Origin: a virus
DNA: 64,000 bases
Strand: one strand, 5' to 3'
IMG/VR virus record: IMGVR_UViG_3300043446_001855
Location: 7,502 to 71,501 of that record
A program made the position numbers and the translations under genes. The notes below the pieces were generated by a model. The model saw nothing but the letters and a program-made list of their open reading frames with translations. It was not told the origin of the DNA and ran no database searches. Below, piece by piece: positions 10,239 to 20,015 of the stretch (position 1 is its first letter; each line of letters starts with the position of its first letter).

Positions 10239-11617
10239 TACGAGTATTCTCCAACATCGTATTTGCCTTCAGGCCTGTTGGTCTGAGCCCAAGAGGATGA
10301 CGATGCACGATAAATGTAATATTTGTCCTCATCCGATCTGTAAAACAGATCGCCATCGGAAGGCGATACAGGGAAAGATGTCCCAGACGGATAGGTATAA
10401 TCGTATCTTGATGTCGAGGTACTGATTGGGGTGCCGAACGGAGTTCCCGATGATGAGTCGTTGGTCGTGCCGAGTGAGGAGACGCCTGCCGGTGACCCCT
10501 CAAGAGACACAGCGACTTCAAGATTGACAGAAAGCGATGTGGACCCTTTGATAACTCCAGCGAGAGCGGGCACATAAGTATAACTGTCAATTGAAGAGAT
10601 TGAATACCTTAGTGCAAACTTGTCGGCAATTGCGTTTGCGGCTGCATTAAGAACGACCGCTTCCACGGCTGTCCCGATGTCTGCGACACCGGTAACAATT
10701 CCATCGTTCAGCGGATTACCGTACAGATCGATTGTGCCGCCGTCAAGAGTTGTGGCGATGTGGGCGTCGATAATACCTTCGCCTTCTGCTGACCCAGTCT
10801 CCGTGAAGCCCTTGGAAGAGATTCTTCCTAGAGCGTCTGGGTTCTCGCTATTCGTTTCACCAACGCCAACGACCGTACCACTCTCATCAAACATTGATCT
10901 GATTTCTGCCACTCCCGTAAGAAGGTAGTAATCAACTGTGTCTGTGTTGAGAATAAATTTCTCGCCCAGAGTCATTACGGGATCATCAAGAGCGGTTTCG
11001 TCCAACACAAACTCATCACCGTATCCGCTACCGCAATTCGTATGAGCGTTAATTTCCCCTGACAGGAAGAAGTCTGCGCCTTCTTTTGATGTTGATGGTG
11101 TGCCTGAGCCAATGATTGTTCCGGAATCTATTGCACTGTATCTATCTTTGCCACCACTGGCGGGCCAGTTCAAATCGCCAAGGCCAATGACAGTTCCTGA
11201 TACATCCTGTTCACCCTCGTAGATGTTCGCTTTCCCGACCACTCTCTGTGCGTCTTCATGGTCTTGTGATTCATCAGCGGAAACTTCCGCGATTCCAATA
11301 ACGGTGCTTAGAAGATCGCCTTGAACTGCGGATATTACACCGAGGCCCACGACTAGATCGGAGATATTGACAACGGAAGCAAGCGACGAAGAGACAATCC
11401 CAACACCTATAGCAGAGCCAGAATCGATAGCGGACAACAGATCTATATCTGTGATAACCACGAAAGAAGCGGCGCGGCCAGCATCAATCGAATGACGTAT
11501 GTCTGATGCAGACGGTACTGCCGCGCCAATAATTGTTTCCGAATCAAGCAGCAGATTCCTTGTATCCTCGGACTCAAGAACCCCTTTGCCTATGACATAT
11601 GTCTCTAGGACTCCCAT
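10238..11617 (-). CDS. hypothetical virion structural protein
   Basis: Acidic and Gly/Ser/Val-rich; C-terminal FPVSPSDGDLFY motif seen in fibre proteins. Confidence 0.45.
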   Translation of the reverse strand: MGVLETYVIGKGVLESEDTRNLLLDSETIIGAAVPSASDIRHSIDAGRAASFVVITDIDLLSAIDSGSAIGVGIVSSSLASVVNISDLVVGLGVISAVQGDLLSTVIGIAEVSADESQDHEDAQRVVGKANIYEGEQDVSGTVIGLGDLNWPASGGKDRYSAIDSGTIIGSGTPSTSKEGADFFLSGEINAHTNCGSGYGDEFVLDETALDDPVMTLGEKFILNTDTVDYYLLTGVAEIRSMFDESGTVVGVGETNSENPDALGRISSKGFTETGSAEGEGIIDAHIATTLDGGTIDLYGNPLNDGIVTGVADIGTAVEAVVLNAAANAIADKFALRYSISSIDSYTYVPALAGVIKGSTSLSVNLEVAVSLEGSPAGVSSLGTTNDSSSGTPFGTPISTSTSRYDYTYPSGTSFPVSPSDGDLFYRSDEDKYYIYRASSSSWAQTNRPEGKYDVGEYS

Positions 11618-12679
11618 TTACACCAACCCGTATGAGACTGGACCCGGTGAGACATTTTTGAGGACGCTGTTCGGTGGAACCAGCGCCATCTCAAACTGCT
11701 GAGAAACGATGTATTGATTTTGATTCCTTACCCTTTTCCCCCAGCCACGAATTGTATGCTGGTTTGCCTTCTTTGCTTGGTAATGATCTAGAACGTTTTT
11801 AATGCTGTAGCCGTCGACAGCAACCTCTACAGTGATTAGTATGTCGTTGTCCGCAAAATATGGCGTGAAGTATGTATGGGCCGTCGCATCCTCAATGCGA
11901 GTGAGCACACCTCTTTCATTAATCTTGAATAGATCTATCGGAACATCTGGCTGCACCATTAGGGTGAGGGTCGGTTGAGCGAAGCCACCATACTTCGGCG
12001 CAACAATCGAAGTCGAATCCATTGTCGGATTGCCATCCGAATCGATGTACATTGTTTCACTATTCTCTGTGGAAACAAATCCAACCGAATAACAGACTGG
12101 GCAGTCATTTCTAACCTGACTATAGGCGTCATCAAAACACGCTGGGCATTTCTTGGCGATACCGCTAGCGACATCATCAAGCGTATACATATGCCTGTGC
12201 ACTACGGGCTGGCCGTAACGTCGCAACATATCGCCCACCTGACGCCTGTGTCTTTTAATCTCCTGAGGAGTGGACGGTGGCCCCACGTCTTTCATGTCCA
12301 CAATGTGGACGACACCCTCAGGGAGGACGCCAAGAAGCATGTTCTGACTGCTCTGTCCGGCAGCCCAAAGTAGTGGCTGACCGGTTACGATGAAGTCTTC
12401 TACCGCATAGACTTCTGCCGGGTCGCCGCCATCATCCCAGTAGATCGTGTACTGGCCTGTAGTCGGTGGGGCGTCACCGCTCCAAGCGTAGATGCCGCTG
12501 CCCTCAGGGTTCTCGTAGATGCCCTCAGAAGTGGGCTCTAGGAAATACCCGCCGGTCGGCGTATCGATGATAGATATGCGGAACGTGTGCCCGCCACCGG
12601 TATACACTGAATCGAGGGTTGCCTCGAACGTTGTGCCCGGAGACACATAAAGGATTCCGCTATTGTAATAGGAAGGCAT
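11618..12679 (-). CDS. head-closure/neck protein with CxxC-CxxC zinc motif
   Basis: KCPACFD...DCPVCYSVGF; position in the neck cluster. Confidence 0.55.
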   Translation of the reverse strand: MPSYYNSGILYVSPGTTFEATLDSVYTGGGHTFRISIIDTPTGGYFLEPTSEGIYENPEGSGIYAWSGDAPPTTGQYTIYWDDGGDPAEVYAVEDFIVTGQPLLWAAGQSSQNMLLGVLPEGVVHIVDMKDVGPPSTPQEIKRHRRQVGDMLRRYGQPVVHRHMYTLDDVASGIAKKCPACFDDAYSQVRNDCPVCYSVGFVSTENSETMYIDSDGNPTMDSTSIVAPKYGGFAQPTLTLMVQPDVPIDLFKINERGVLTRIEDATAHTYFTPYFADNDILITVEVAVDGYSIKNVLDHYQAKKANQHTIRGWGKRVRNQNQYIVSQQFEMALVPPNSVLKNVSPGPVSYGLV

Positions 12680-12681
12680 GC

Positions 12682-13734
12682 CTACTTATTAGAGGCACGA
12701 TATAACGCTAAATTCGCTATTAGTCTTTCGTCTTCTGGTGCGAATTTGATAGCCTCTTCCCCGTAGGCAATCGCTCTGCTCTTGAGACCGAGGTGGTGGC
12801 AGGCTACCGCAGCAAGATCATACGGATCAGACCCCCATGCGAACTCCTCACAAAGATACTCAAGTGGTTTGTCTGTGATCGAAAGCGCCCGCTTTGCGGC
12901 GGCTAGTGTCGGCTCCCATTCTTCTCTCATATAATGATAGAGTGACAGTTCTACCCACCCCTCACGTCTCTCAGGACACTCTGCGCAGGCTTTTAAGAGC
13001 CATTGCTCGCGCTGGTCTTCTTCTATGATTGCGAGATAGCGCATCGATCTGGCGCGTTCTGGGGCCCATACAGCGCGTGGTAGGGCTAGGTGCCGCCTAA
13101 ACTCAGCCGCTGCTCTTTCCCACTGGTTATAAAAGAAAAGTTCACGAGCAAAATAGAAGGCATTGCGGTCGTCGTCTGGATCCTCTTCCACTGATAACTC
13201 AAGCAATGGCAGGTAAGAAGATCGAGACTTGGTGTTGTCCGGGAAATGATGTATCTCTAAGCCACACCAGCCCTGCACCTCTGGCTTGGTCGAATGCAAA
13301 ACCTCGTGCACAGGATGACGCCAGACGTAATCTTTGCGTGTGTGGATCTTGTCTCCGCCGTATTGAAGTCCGGGGGTACCGTCTTCTTTCCACGACCATG
13401 TGTACTGGTAACGGACACGCATGACGCCCTGCTCATGCATCCTCTCTAGTTCTTCACGCCAGCCCGGAAGCAGAACCTCGTCAATGTCTAGGGCGATACA
13501 GTAGTCAAAGTCCTCGGGGATTGCCTCAAGACTTTTGTTTCTTGCCACATCGAAACGCCAAGGATCAACTTTGATCTCAATGACTTCAGCACCACACTCT
13601 TTGGCAAGAGAGACAGTGTTGTCTGTAGAGCCCGTATCCGCAAGGAGAATAAGATCAGCATCTTTGGCCGAGGCGATCCACCGCTTTACGAACTGCTCTT
13701 CGTTTTTGGAAATACTATAGACTGCAACCCTCAT
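12682..13734 (-). CDS. GT2-family glycosyltransferase with C-terminal TPR-like repeats
   Basis: VAVYSISKNEE, DTGSTD, FDVARN, LDIDE and VHE motifs; helical C-terminus. Confidence 0.9.
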   Translation of the reverse strand: MRVAVYSISKNEEQFVKRWIASAKDADLILLADTGSTDNTVSLAKECGAEVIEIKVDPWRFDVARNKSLEAIPEDFDYCIALDIDEVLLPGWREELERMHEQGVMRVRYQYTWSWKEDGTPGLQYGGDKIHTRKDYVWRHPVHEVLHSTKPEVQGWCGLEIHHFPDNTKSRSSYLPLLELSVEEDPDDDRNAFYFARELFFYNQWERAAAEFRRHLALPRAVWAPERARSMRYLAIIEEDQREQWLLKACAECPERREGWVELSLYHYMREEWEPTLAAAKRALSITDKPLEYLCEEFAWGSDPYDLAAVACHHLGLKSRAIAYGEEAIKFAPEDERLIANLALYRASNK

Positions 13735-13740
13735 GGCTGC

Positions 13741-13749
13741 ATTATATCA
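13741..13749 (-). promoter_or_regulatory. extended -10 promoter TGATATAAT (leaderless glycosyltransferase mRNA)
   Basis: TGnTATAAT lies 6 nt upstream of the ATG, with no SD sequence. Confidence 0.65.
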
Positions 13750-13751
13750 TA

Positions 13752-15005
13752 CTAACCGATTTTTGTTGCGGAAAAAGCCGACTGAAAATTCGCATTAGGA
13801 TGATACTGATATGTAGAGGCGTCTTGAGATCCCCAACAAGCAAGAAGAACTTTGACGTATTGTCCAGCAGTAAGATCGTATGTTCCAGAAATTTCTAGTG
13901 ACGCATTACTGCCGGCAGCAGGACCGATATGAGAAATCATTGAAAAATATTTTACTAGTGATCCGCCGGAATTGTATGCCCCAAGAACAAGATAGACTTC
14001 CCCATCGTCTGGTATGTAGTAGGTGATCTGCGCAGAAAACTGATACTTCCCAGAGGTATTTATGGTCACCCTGTCAGTGTTAGACGATGTGCTGTGCATA
14101 CTGTCTGTATCATAGGATTCTGCCGCCCAAGGTATTGGGGTATATCCGCCGCTCGCCGGGATTAGAGTGGCATCTGGATTGTATAATCTACACCCTATTA
14201 GAGTTGCACCAGCAGGTCCTGTAGGTCCTGTGGGACCGGTAACGTTAGATGCGGCTCCAGTAGGGCCTGTAGCGCCCTGAGCGCCTGTAGAACCGGTCGG
14301 TCCGGTAACTGTAGAGGCGGCTCCTGTAGGACCCGTAGGTCCTTGAATGCCTTGTGCTCCTGTCGGCCCCGTGACTGTTGAGGCGGCACCCTGTGAACCA
14401 GTTGCACCCGTGGGCCCCGTAGGTCCGAGAGGTCCCTGTGCTCCGGTCGGACCGGTGACTGTTGAAGCAGCGCCTGTAGCACCCGTGACGCCTTGAGCGC
14501 CCGTTGGGCCCGTTGATCCTGTCGGGCCAGTCGGCCCGGTCGAACCCGTAGGGCCTGTGACGCCTTGAGGACCTGTTGGACCAGAGTCTCCGATAGGACC
14601 AGTGGGACCGGTAGGACCTTGAGTTCCTGTTGGACCTGTTACATTTGAGGCAGCGCCGGTCGGACCTAATGGACCCGTAGGGCCGGTGGGACCGGTGGGT
14701 CCGGTGGGTCCGGTCGGACCCGTATTGCCCATGTTGCCCACAGGGCCAGTTGCACCAGTTGGACCGGTGGGGCCTTGCAAACCAGAATACTCATGCCAAG
14801 TTGTTAGAGCCGCATCATAATGAAAAATCTTATTCGTATCCGTCTCATAAATGAGCATATTGTCGACTGGCACGGCGGGGTGCGTCAACGATGTGCATAC
14901 GAAAATGCGCGAATTAAGATCATCTAGATTGACTCTGATCTGTTCCATGTCCGAAGAGGACAGGGTTTCACCAAAGTCAAATGGGTCTACCGGCTCAAAC
15001 GACAT
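13752..15005 (-). CDS. collagen-like (GPT repeat) fibre protein with C1q-like C-terminal domain
   Basis: Long Gly-X-Thr repeats; C-terminal YDTDSM...[10 protein letters not shown]...LTAGQYVKV...FSATKI. Start taken at MSFEPVD. Confidence 0.85.
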   Translation of the reverse strand: MSFEPVDPFDFGETLSSSDMEQIRVNLDDLNSRIFVCTSLTHPAVPVDNMLIYETDTNKIFHYDAALTTWHEYSGLQGPTGPTGATGPVGNMGNTGPTGPTGPTGPTGPTGPLGPTGAASNVTGPTGTQGPTGPTGPIGDSGPTGPQGVTGPTGSTGPTGPTGSTGPTGAQGVTGATGAASTVTGPTGAQGPLGPTGPTGATGSQGAASTVTGPTGAQGIQGPTGPTGAASTVTGPTGSTGAQGATGPTGAASNVTGPTGPTGPAGATLIGCRLYNPDATLIPASGGYTPIPWAAESYDTDSMHSTSSNTDRVTINTSGKYQFSAQITYYIPDDGEVYLVLGAYNSGGSLVKYFSMISHIGPAAGSNASLEISGTYDLTAGQYVKVLLACWGSQDASTYQYHPNANFQSAFSATKIG

Positions 15006-15006
15006 A

Positions 15007-16389
15007 CTAGACGGTGATTGCCTGCACAACCACCTTGGCGACAACTGGGCTGCCTATGGAGGCTGAGGTCGAAGTTAGGTAGAGATGAACCGTACCGGTT
15101 GAGATATCTACATCCAGTGTGGCATCAATCGTATTACCGGACTGAACCCTCGCATATTCTGTGGAGTAGCAGTTTGTGCCGTCATGGACAACAAGGATCT
15201 CTGTCGCCATATAGTCTGTGCTCTGCGTCAACTGAACGTGGATCTTTGCAGATCTGAAGTCCGCAGCCGCAAACGAACCGATTGACGTAGCCGATCCAGA
15301 TGTGACGCTTGTTGAGTTCGGAGCAAGAATGGACGCGTTTGTGAGCGCCAACTTGAGCGGAGTGAGGACATCAACGGCATTGATCTTGTAGGTCTTGCCA
15401 GAGGCAAGATCAAAGTTCTCGGACGAGACCCAAGAGTCGGTGTCGTTCTCCCAGAGGAGTGTCTTATCGCCTGTGCCCTTGAGGATGATACCGCCACCAT
15501 CAGCGCTTGTGTCTGATGGGCTTGCGGTAGCACCGAGTTCAATATTGATATCGTCAACGGTGACAATGGTTGAGTTAACGGTTGTCGTTGTGCCGTTAAC
15601 AACGAGGTCGCCTTGGACCGTAAGATCTTTATTGACAGTTACTGTGCCGCCGTCAGCATCGCCTAGGTAGATGTTTGTGGTTGAGCCAGTCGCACCGCCC
15701 GTACCGATGTTGACCGTCTTTGTCTCGCCGTTTGCGGTTACACCAGTTGCAATGTTGTAAGTTGATGAACCAGTTGAGGCGGAGCCGATGTTTAGTGTTT
15801 GAGCACTTGACGTTCCACCGATTGTAAGGCTTGTGGATGAAGCGAACGCGGCAAACGTTGCGCCACCATCAATGGACGTTGTGAATGTCGGAGATGTACC
15901 GAAGACAAGAACGCCAGTTCCGGTCTCGTTGGAGATAACGGAGGCTAGTTCCGAAGAAGTGGTGCTGGCAAAATCGCTAAGTTTGTTTGATAGCGTAGCA
16001 ACCGTGCCGCTTGACGGCAGGGTTAGGTTTGTATTTGCCCCGACGGTGAATGAGGTTGTGTAGGCCCCAGAGAATGTTACATTGCCACCAATAGTGATAG
16101 TGCTCGAACCATTGTTGACTCCCGTACCACCATAGGTCGGGCCGATGACGCTACCGTTCCATGTACCCGTCAGGGTCGAATCGGTGAACGCAATTGTTTT
16201 TGTTGCAGAGCCGTTGTAAAACTTCAGGACATTGGAGTTGTTCCAGAGATGACCCGTCTGTGGCGTACCGGGGTCGCCTCCTGCAGGGATCTTGATTGAG
16301 CCTGAGTTACCCGCAGCGACAGCAAGCGTAGTTAAACCGCCGACCTGTAGGCCATTCTTTACAACGAAATCTTTATTAACCGCCGCCAT
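15007..16389 (-). CDS. fibre-like virion structural protein
   Basis: [10 protein letters not shown] start, [14 protein letters not shown] repeat, C-terminal [19 protein letters not shown] domain. Confidence 0.7.
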   Translation of the reverse strand: MAAVNKDFVVKNGLQVGGLTTLAVAAGNSGSIKIPAGGDPGTPQTGHLWNNSNVLKFYNGSATKTIAFTDSTLTGTWNGSVIGPTYGGTGVNNGSSTITIGGNVTFSGAYTTSFTVGANTNLTLPSSGTVATLSNKLSDFASTTSSELASVISNETGTGVLVFGTSPTFTTSIDGGATFAAFASSTSLTIGGTSSAQTLNIGSASTGSSTYNIATGVTANGETKTVNIGTGGATGSTTNIYLGDADGGTVTVNKDLTVQGDLVVNGTTTTVNSTIVTVDDINIELGATASPSDTSADGGGIILKGTGDKTLLWENDTDSWVSSENFDLASGKTYKINAVDVLTPLKLALTNASILAPNSTSVTSGSATSIGSFAAADFRSAKIHVQLTQSTDYMATEILVVHDGTNCYSTEYARVQSGNTIDATLDVDISTGTVHLYLTSTSASIGSPVVAKVVVQAITV

Positions 16390-16396
16390 TTCTCTC

Positions 16397-16804
16397 CTAA
16401 TTGTCTATTCGTGCGATCTTGATATACACCGGATTTAATGATGTCGCAGATGGACTGTCGGCGTATACCCGTATATTGATCCCTTCGACTGCCGCCGTCA
16501 GGTTTACTTCTAGTGTTCCAATATTTAATGTTGCGTATTCCACCCAATCTATGTCTGTGCCATTATGTATTAGTTGGAACTCTGTGGCATACGAATCAGA
16601 CTCTTGGATGGCCTGAAGAAGATATTTCGCTACGGTATGTTCGGTTTTCTCGAACTCATTAACCACAGCGGGCACTGGTGAGTACAGAATACTGGTCGCT
16701 CTAAACAGCCCGTCAGGACCAGTTGGTCCAGTAACGCTGTCGCCTTGAGGACCTTGAGGTCCGGTAGGTCCGGTAGGTCCGTATTTTCTTTGGACGGCAG
16801 TCAT
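16397..16804 (-). CDS. small structural protein sharing the C-terminal domain of 15007..16389, with a short collagen stub
   Basis: GPTGPQGPQG, then AKYLLQ..ATEFQLIHNG..VEYA. Confidence 0.6.
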   Translation of the reverse strand: MTAVQRKYGPTGPTGPQGPQGDSVTGPTGPDGLFRATSILYSPVPAVVNEFEKTEHTVAKYLLQAIQESDSYATEFQLIHNGTDIDWVEYATLNIGTLEVNLTAAVEGINIRVYADSPSATSLNPVYIKIARIDN

Positions 16805-16816
16805 TTAACCACCACC

Positions 16817-17662
16817 CTAGTTGTAGCCTCGGCCCATGTAGCGTGTGCGCATAGGCGCAGGAATGAGGCGACCAGCCTTCGTCGCAACAAGAAGTTTGCT
16901 CTTCCCAAGACCGAAGTACTGGCGCTTCCATAGGGCCAGTACGCGGCGATACTGAGCCTCCTCAACTTCAAGCATCTTTCCCCATGTCTCTTGATATCTT
17001 CTGCGATCAAGGAAAGCGACAGGGGAATTGTTTGTGTCCGGCTGTTCGGCATACGATCTCATGAGGTGACGGATCGTGACGACCAGAAGCGACTGGGACA
17101 GGAGCGCTCCACCACCATTATCAAGTGGGAAAGAGTCTTCTGTAAAGCCCGTAATTGGCTGCTGGAAGTTGATATCGAGCAGAGCGTCCGGCAGAAGAAC
17201 CTTGATCTTTGATTTGTCAAACCTAGCGAGAGTCATGTCTCTAAGCCAAGGTCCGCCTATTTCTGAATCAAAACAGTCTTCTAGTTTACGCCACGTTAGA
17301 TCAACCCAAGGATCGACAGGGCTCGCGCCAGTTGTCTCAAACGGATCGACCGCATCAAAGTCAACGATGATCGTTCTCTTCTCGCCATTGTTCAGAACAA
17401 ATTGAGCGGTGGCAAGATACTCGCCCGGCTCATCAACGATAAGAGAATCGACAAGGTACTGCGCATGGCCGTCGGCAATGATGGTGCCGGAGTCATTGGA
17501 AATTGTGGGTGTCTCCTCCGACGGCTTCTTAACCGTGAACAGCGCAGCATTTATTGCGGTTAACGGGATAAGAGTTTCATCGTCCGCCTCGTAGATATAA
17601 GCGTTGAGGAGGGCGGTGTCATTGATGAAGACACGCTTTTGTCGCTCGTAGCCAAAGGACAT
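16817..17662 (-). CDS. head-tail adaptor/neck protein
   Basis: Downstream of the capsid gene; DCFDSEIGGPWL motif. Confidence 0.55.
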   Translation of the reverse strand: MSFGYERQKRVFINDTALLNAYIYEADDETLIPLTAINAALFTVKKPSEETPTISNDSGTIIADGHAQYLVDSLIVDEPGEYLATAQFVLNNGEKRTIIVDFDAVDPFETTGASPVDPWVDLTWRKLEDCFDSEIGGPWLRDMTLARFDKSKIKVLLPDALLDINFQQPITGFTEDSFPLDNGGGALLSQSLLVVTIRHLMRSYAEQPDTNNSPVAFLDRRRYQETWGKMLEVEEAQYRRVLALWKRQYFGLGKSKLLVATKAGRLIPAPMRTRYMGRGYN

Positions 17663-17680
17663 CTCACCTATTAATAGAAA

Positions 17681-17707
17681 GGGATCGCCTCAAAAAGAGG
17701 CGATCCC
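17681..17707 (-). terminator. terminator-like hairpin
   Basis: GGGATCGCCTC/GAGGCGATCCC inverted repeat followed by TTTCT on the minus strand. Confidence 0.65.
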
Positions 17708-17716
17708 CACTATTAA

Positions 17717-18205
17717 CTACTTGCTTTTCTCAACCCCACCGAATGCTGGGAGGTCGGGCGACACCGGAGGCGCATCGCCTTCGCCACGAGACTCAGGGAT
17801 CGGGTTCTCTACCGTGCCCCTCGTTCGAGACTTCATCGGGTTTGTGTCACCGGTTCTGATGACACCACCGTTCTTCGGATTAGCATCGACTAGACCGACC
17901 GTTGTGGAGGTGTCCTCCATGCGCTCGATCTTGAAGTTCTTGTCGGAACTCATTGCGGTTTGCACAGTCGCTGTTTCATACTGGATCTTCTTGGCTTCGG
18001 CGCTACTGATGATTTCAAACGTAACACCGGCATTGCGATTGAAGTCCGGGTGATCTGTGAAGTCTGCCGGAACCTCAACTACATCACCTAGAGTGCCTCT
18101 ACGAGAGAGTGTGATGTAATACGGATCGCGCTTAGAACCAAAGCGCAGGTTCACCGGCATAGGGTGAAGGTTACGAATAACCTTTTTCGTGCTCTTAGTC
18201 GCCAT
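17717..18205 (-). CDS. hypothetical protein (head-associated)
   Basis: SD AGGAG; own TGATATAAT promoter at 18262-18270. Confidence 0.55.
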   Translation of the reverse strand: MATKSTKKVIRNLHPMPVNLRFGSKRDPYYITLSRRGTLGDVVEVPADFTDHPDFNRNAGVTFEIISSAEAKKIQYETATVQTAMSSDKNFKIERMEDTSTTVGLVDANPKNGGVIRTGDTNPMKSRTRGTVENPIPESRGEGDAPPVSPDLPAFGGVEKSK

Positions 18206-18281
18206 GATGTTCTCCTAATGTGACTGCTCCAAGATCATTCTTGGATGCATGGCTATTTCTTATTATATCAAAGTACTTAAC

Positions 18282-18316
18282 AAAAAGAAGAGGGCCGGGG
18301 CATAAGCCCCGACCCT
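18282..18316 (-). terminator. terminator after major capsid gene
   Basis: AGGGTCGGGGC...GCCCCGGCCCT stem followed by CTTCTTTTTG. Confidence 0.75.
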
Positions 18317-18341
18317 GTTCTCATTTCCTTGACTCGTAAGA

Positions 18342-19397
18342 TTACGAGTAGAGGCCGCGCTCGGCGATGTTGGTGACAACACCCGAGGTGGCGTAAGAAC
18401 TCGACTTGAGGATACGCGCTAGACCACGAGCGTTGAGCACGAGCATGCCCACGAGTTCGTCCATGACGAAGCCCTTGTAGAACTGCTCGACCTGATGGTT
18501 CTCTTCCACGTCGAGAGAGTACATGACGGGGAAGACGCCGACGTAGTTCGGCTCGGCGGCGAGGAAGACCTCACCCTGCGGCACGATGACCGACTTCATG
18601 AGTTGGAACTCACCGAACTGTGTGATGGTCTCGCCATTGACGACCTTGTCCTTGAAGGCCCAGCCCGTCATGTTGATGTCCCATGTGTAGAGGTCACGCA
18701 TATCCTGCGGATGCATGAGCATGCGCTTGGCCTCTAGTTGTTCGATCTCAACCATCGAGACGGCTGAGTAGAAGTCCACCGGCTCAAGCGGAGCACCGCT
18801 GCCGACGAGGACGGTCTTCTCGCTGTTGTGACCCGAAGGACCAGCGGAGATGCCTGTTTGTGTACCACCGACCGGATTGAGGCCAGCGTTGCCGTAATCG
18901 ACAATCGCGGACTCTAGGAGAAGGATGAGACGATAGTCTTCCTGCTTCTGGATGGCCTGACGTGACTCGTCCTGAGCGTACTCAATGGCGTTCACGCGGA
19001 GGTAGTAGAGATCTTCCTTACGGACACGCGGGAATGCCGCGATGCGGAAGAGGTTCGGGAAGGCTTGCTTGCCTTCGAACACCTGCACCTTGACCTCAGC
19101 GTCTGTCTGGTTAAGGACATACGCCATACCGAGATCGTCAAGGATGTCGTAAGGCATGAGAGGACCGCGCTCCAGTGTATCCTCAACGAGAACGTTGCGG
19201 ACGATACCTTCGTAGCGAAGGCGGATCTGGATCGGACCGATCATACCCTGACCGATGCGTTGCATCGCGTTGGTCTTATCGGCGAGGATTTGAGCGAGGC
19301 GCTCCTTCTTCTGTGACGATGTCAACTTGGGAAGGTTGGCCAACTTCTGCTCGTACTCTGCGCTTGAGACCGCTTTTCTGGCTGTTACTAGGCTCAT
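18342..19397 (-). CDS. major capsid protein (HK97 fold, Bxz1/cluster C-like)
   Basis: MIGPIQIRLRYEGIVRNVL, AQDESRQAIQKQED and FVMDELVGMLVLN motifs; strong codon bias. Confidence 0.9.
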   Translation of the reverse strand: MSLVTARKAVSSAEYEQKLANLPKLTSSQKKERLAQILADKTNAMQRIGQGMIGPIQIRLRYEGIVRNVLVEDTLERGPLMPYDILDDLGMAYVLNQTDAEVKVQVFEGKQAFPNLFRIAAFPRVRKEDLYYLRVNAIEYAQDESRQAIQKQEDYRLILLLESAIVDYGNAGLNPVGGTQTGISAGPSGHNSEKTVLVGSGAPLEPVDFYSAVSMVEIEQLEAKRMLMHPQDMRDLYTWDINMTGWAFKDKVVNGETITQFGEFQLMKSVIVPQGEVFLAAEPNYVGVFPVMYSLDVEENHQVEQFYKGFVMDELVGMLVLNARGLARILKSSSYATSGVVTNIAERGLYS

Positions 19398-19418
19398 AGT
19401 TCTTATTTCCTTTTAATA

Positions 19419-19973
19419 TTAGACTAGAAGTTCGACAATGATTGCGCGGTCTGAAAGACGCTTGACCAGACGGGCCGTAGCCTGATTCCAGTCAATGCCG
19501 GGACGAGCACCGTTGTCCCAGTAAAGACGGCTGGTGTCGTCGGCGCTCATGTAGATTTCGTTCGAGGCTGTGCCGTCTTCGGCAGCGGCCTCGCTGGCGA
19601 GACCATCGTCAACGAACACAGGGGCTAGGATCTCGAAGACCGAGCCTGTGCCACGCCAAACGCCGACCTCAGAACGATCACCAAGTTCATCCATTTCGCC
19701 GCCAACGAAGTTGGCGAAGAGACCGAACGGACGGCGGGGGCTTGAGTCGCTTGCATCGAACTGCGGGCGGACGTTCTCGCCGACAGTCTTTAGGGCGACC
19801 ATGCCCGGCCAAATTGCGGCCTTGCCTGATTCAGTGCCACCGAAAGGATCTGTGTTGGTGCGATCAACTTCAGCGTCAAGAGTCGCAGCATACGGGTACG
19901 CTTGTGTCTGCGCGTACATGGCGCGTAGCGTGCGGCGCTTGTTTACATTTGCTAGTTTTTGTAGTCTTAGCAT
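19419..19973 (-). CDS. capsid decoration / minor capsid protein
   Basis: Between scaffold and MCP; IWPGMV and PFGLFANFVGG motifs. Confidence 0.6.
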   Translation of the reverse strand: MLRLQKLANVNKRRTLRAMYAQTQAYPYAATLDAEVDRTNTDPFGGTESGKAAIWPGMVALKTVGENVRPQFDASDSSPRRPFGLFANFVGGEMDELGDRSEVGVWRGTGSVFEILAPVFVDDGLASEAAAEDGTASNEIYMSADDTSRLYWDNGARPGIDWNQATARLVKRLSDRAIIVELLV

Positions 19974-20015
19974 GTTGGAATTATCTCCTGTTTCTCTTCT
20001 TATTATTTTGAGATA

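Noticed and set aside
14200-14780. Tandem DNA repeats resembling an array
   Set aside because: Collagen Gly-X-Thr codons; no CRISPR repeat-spacer structure
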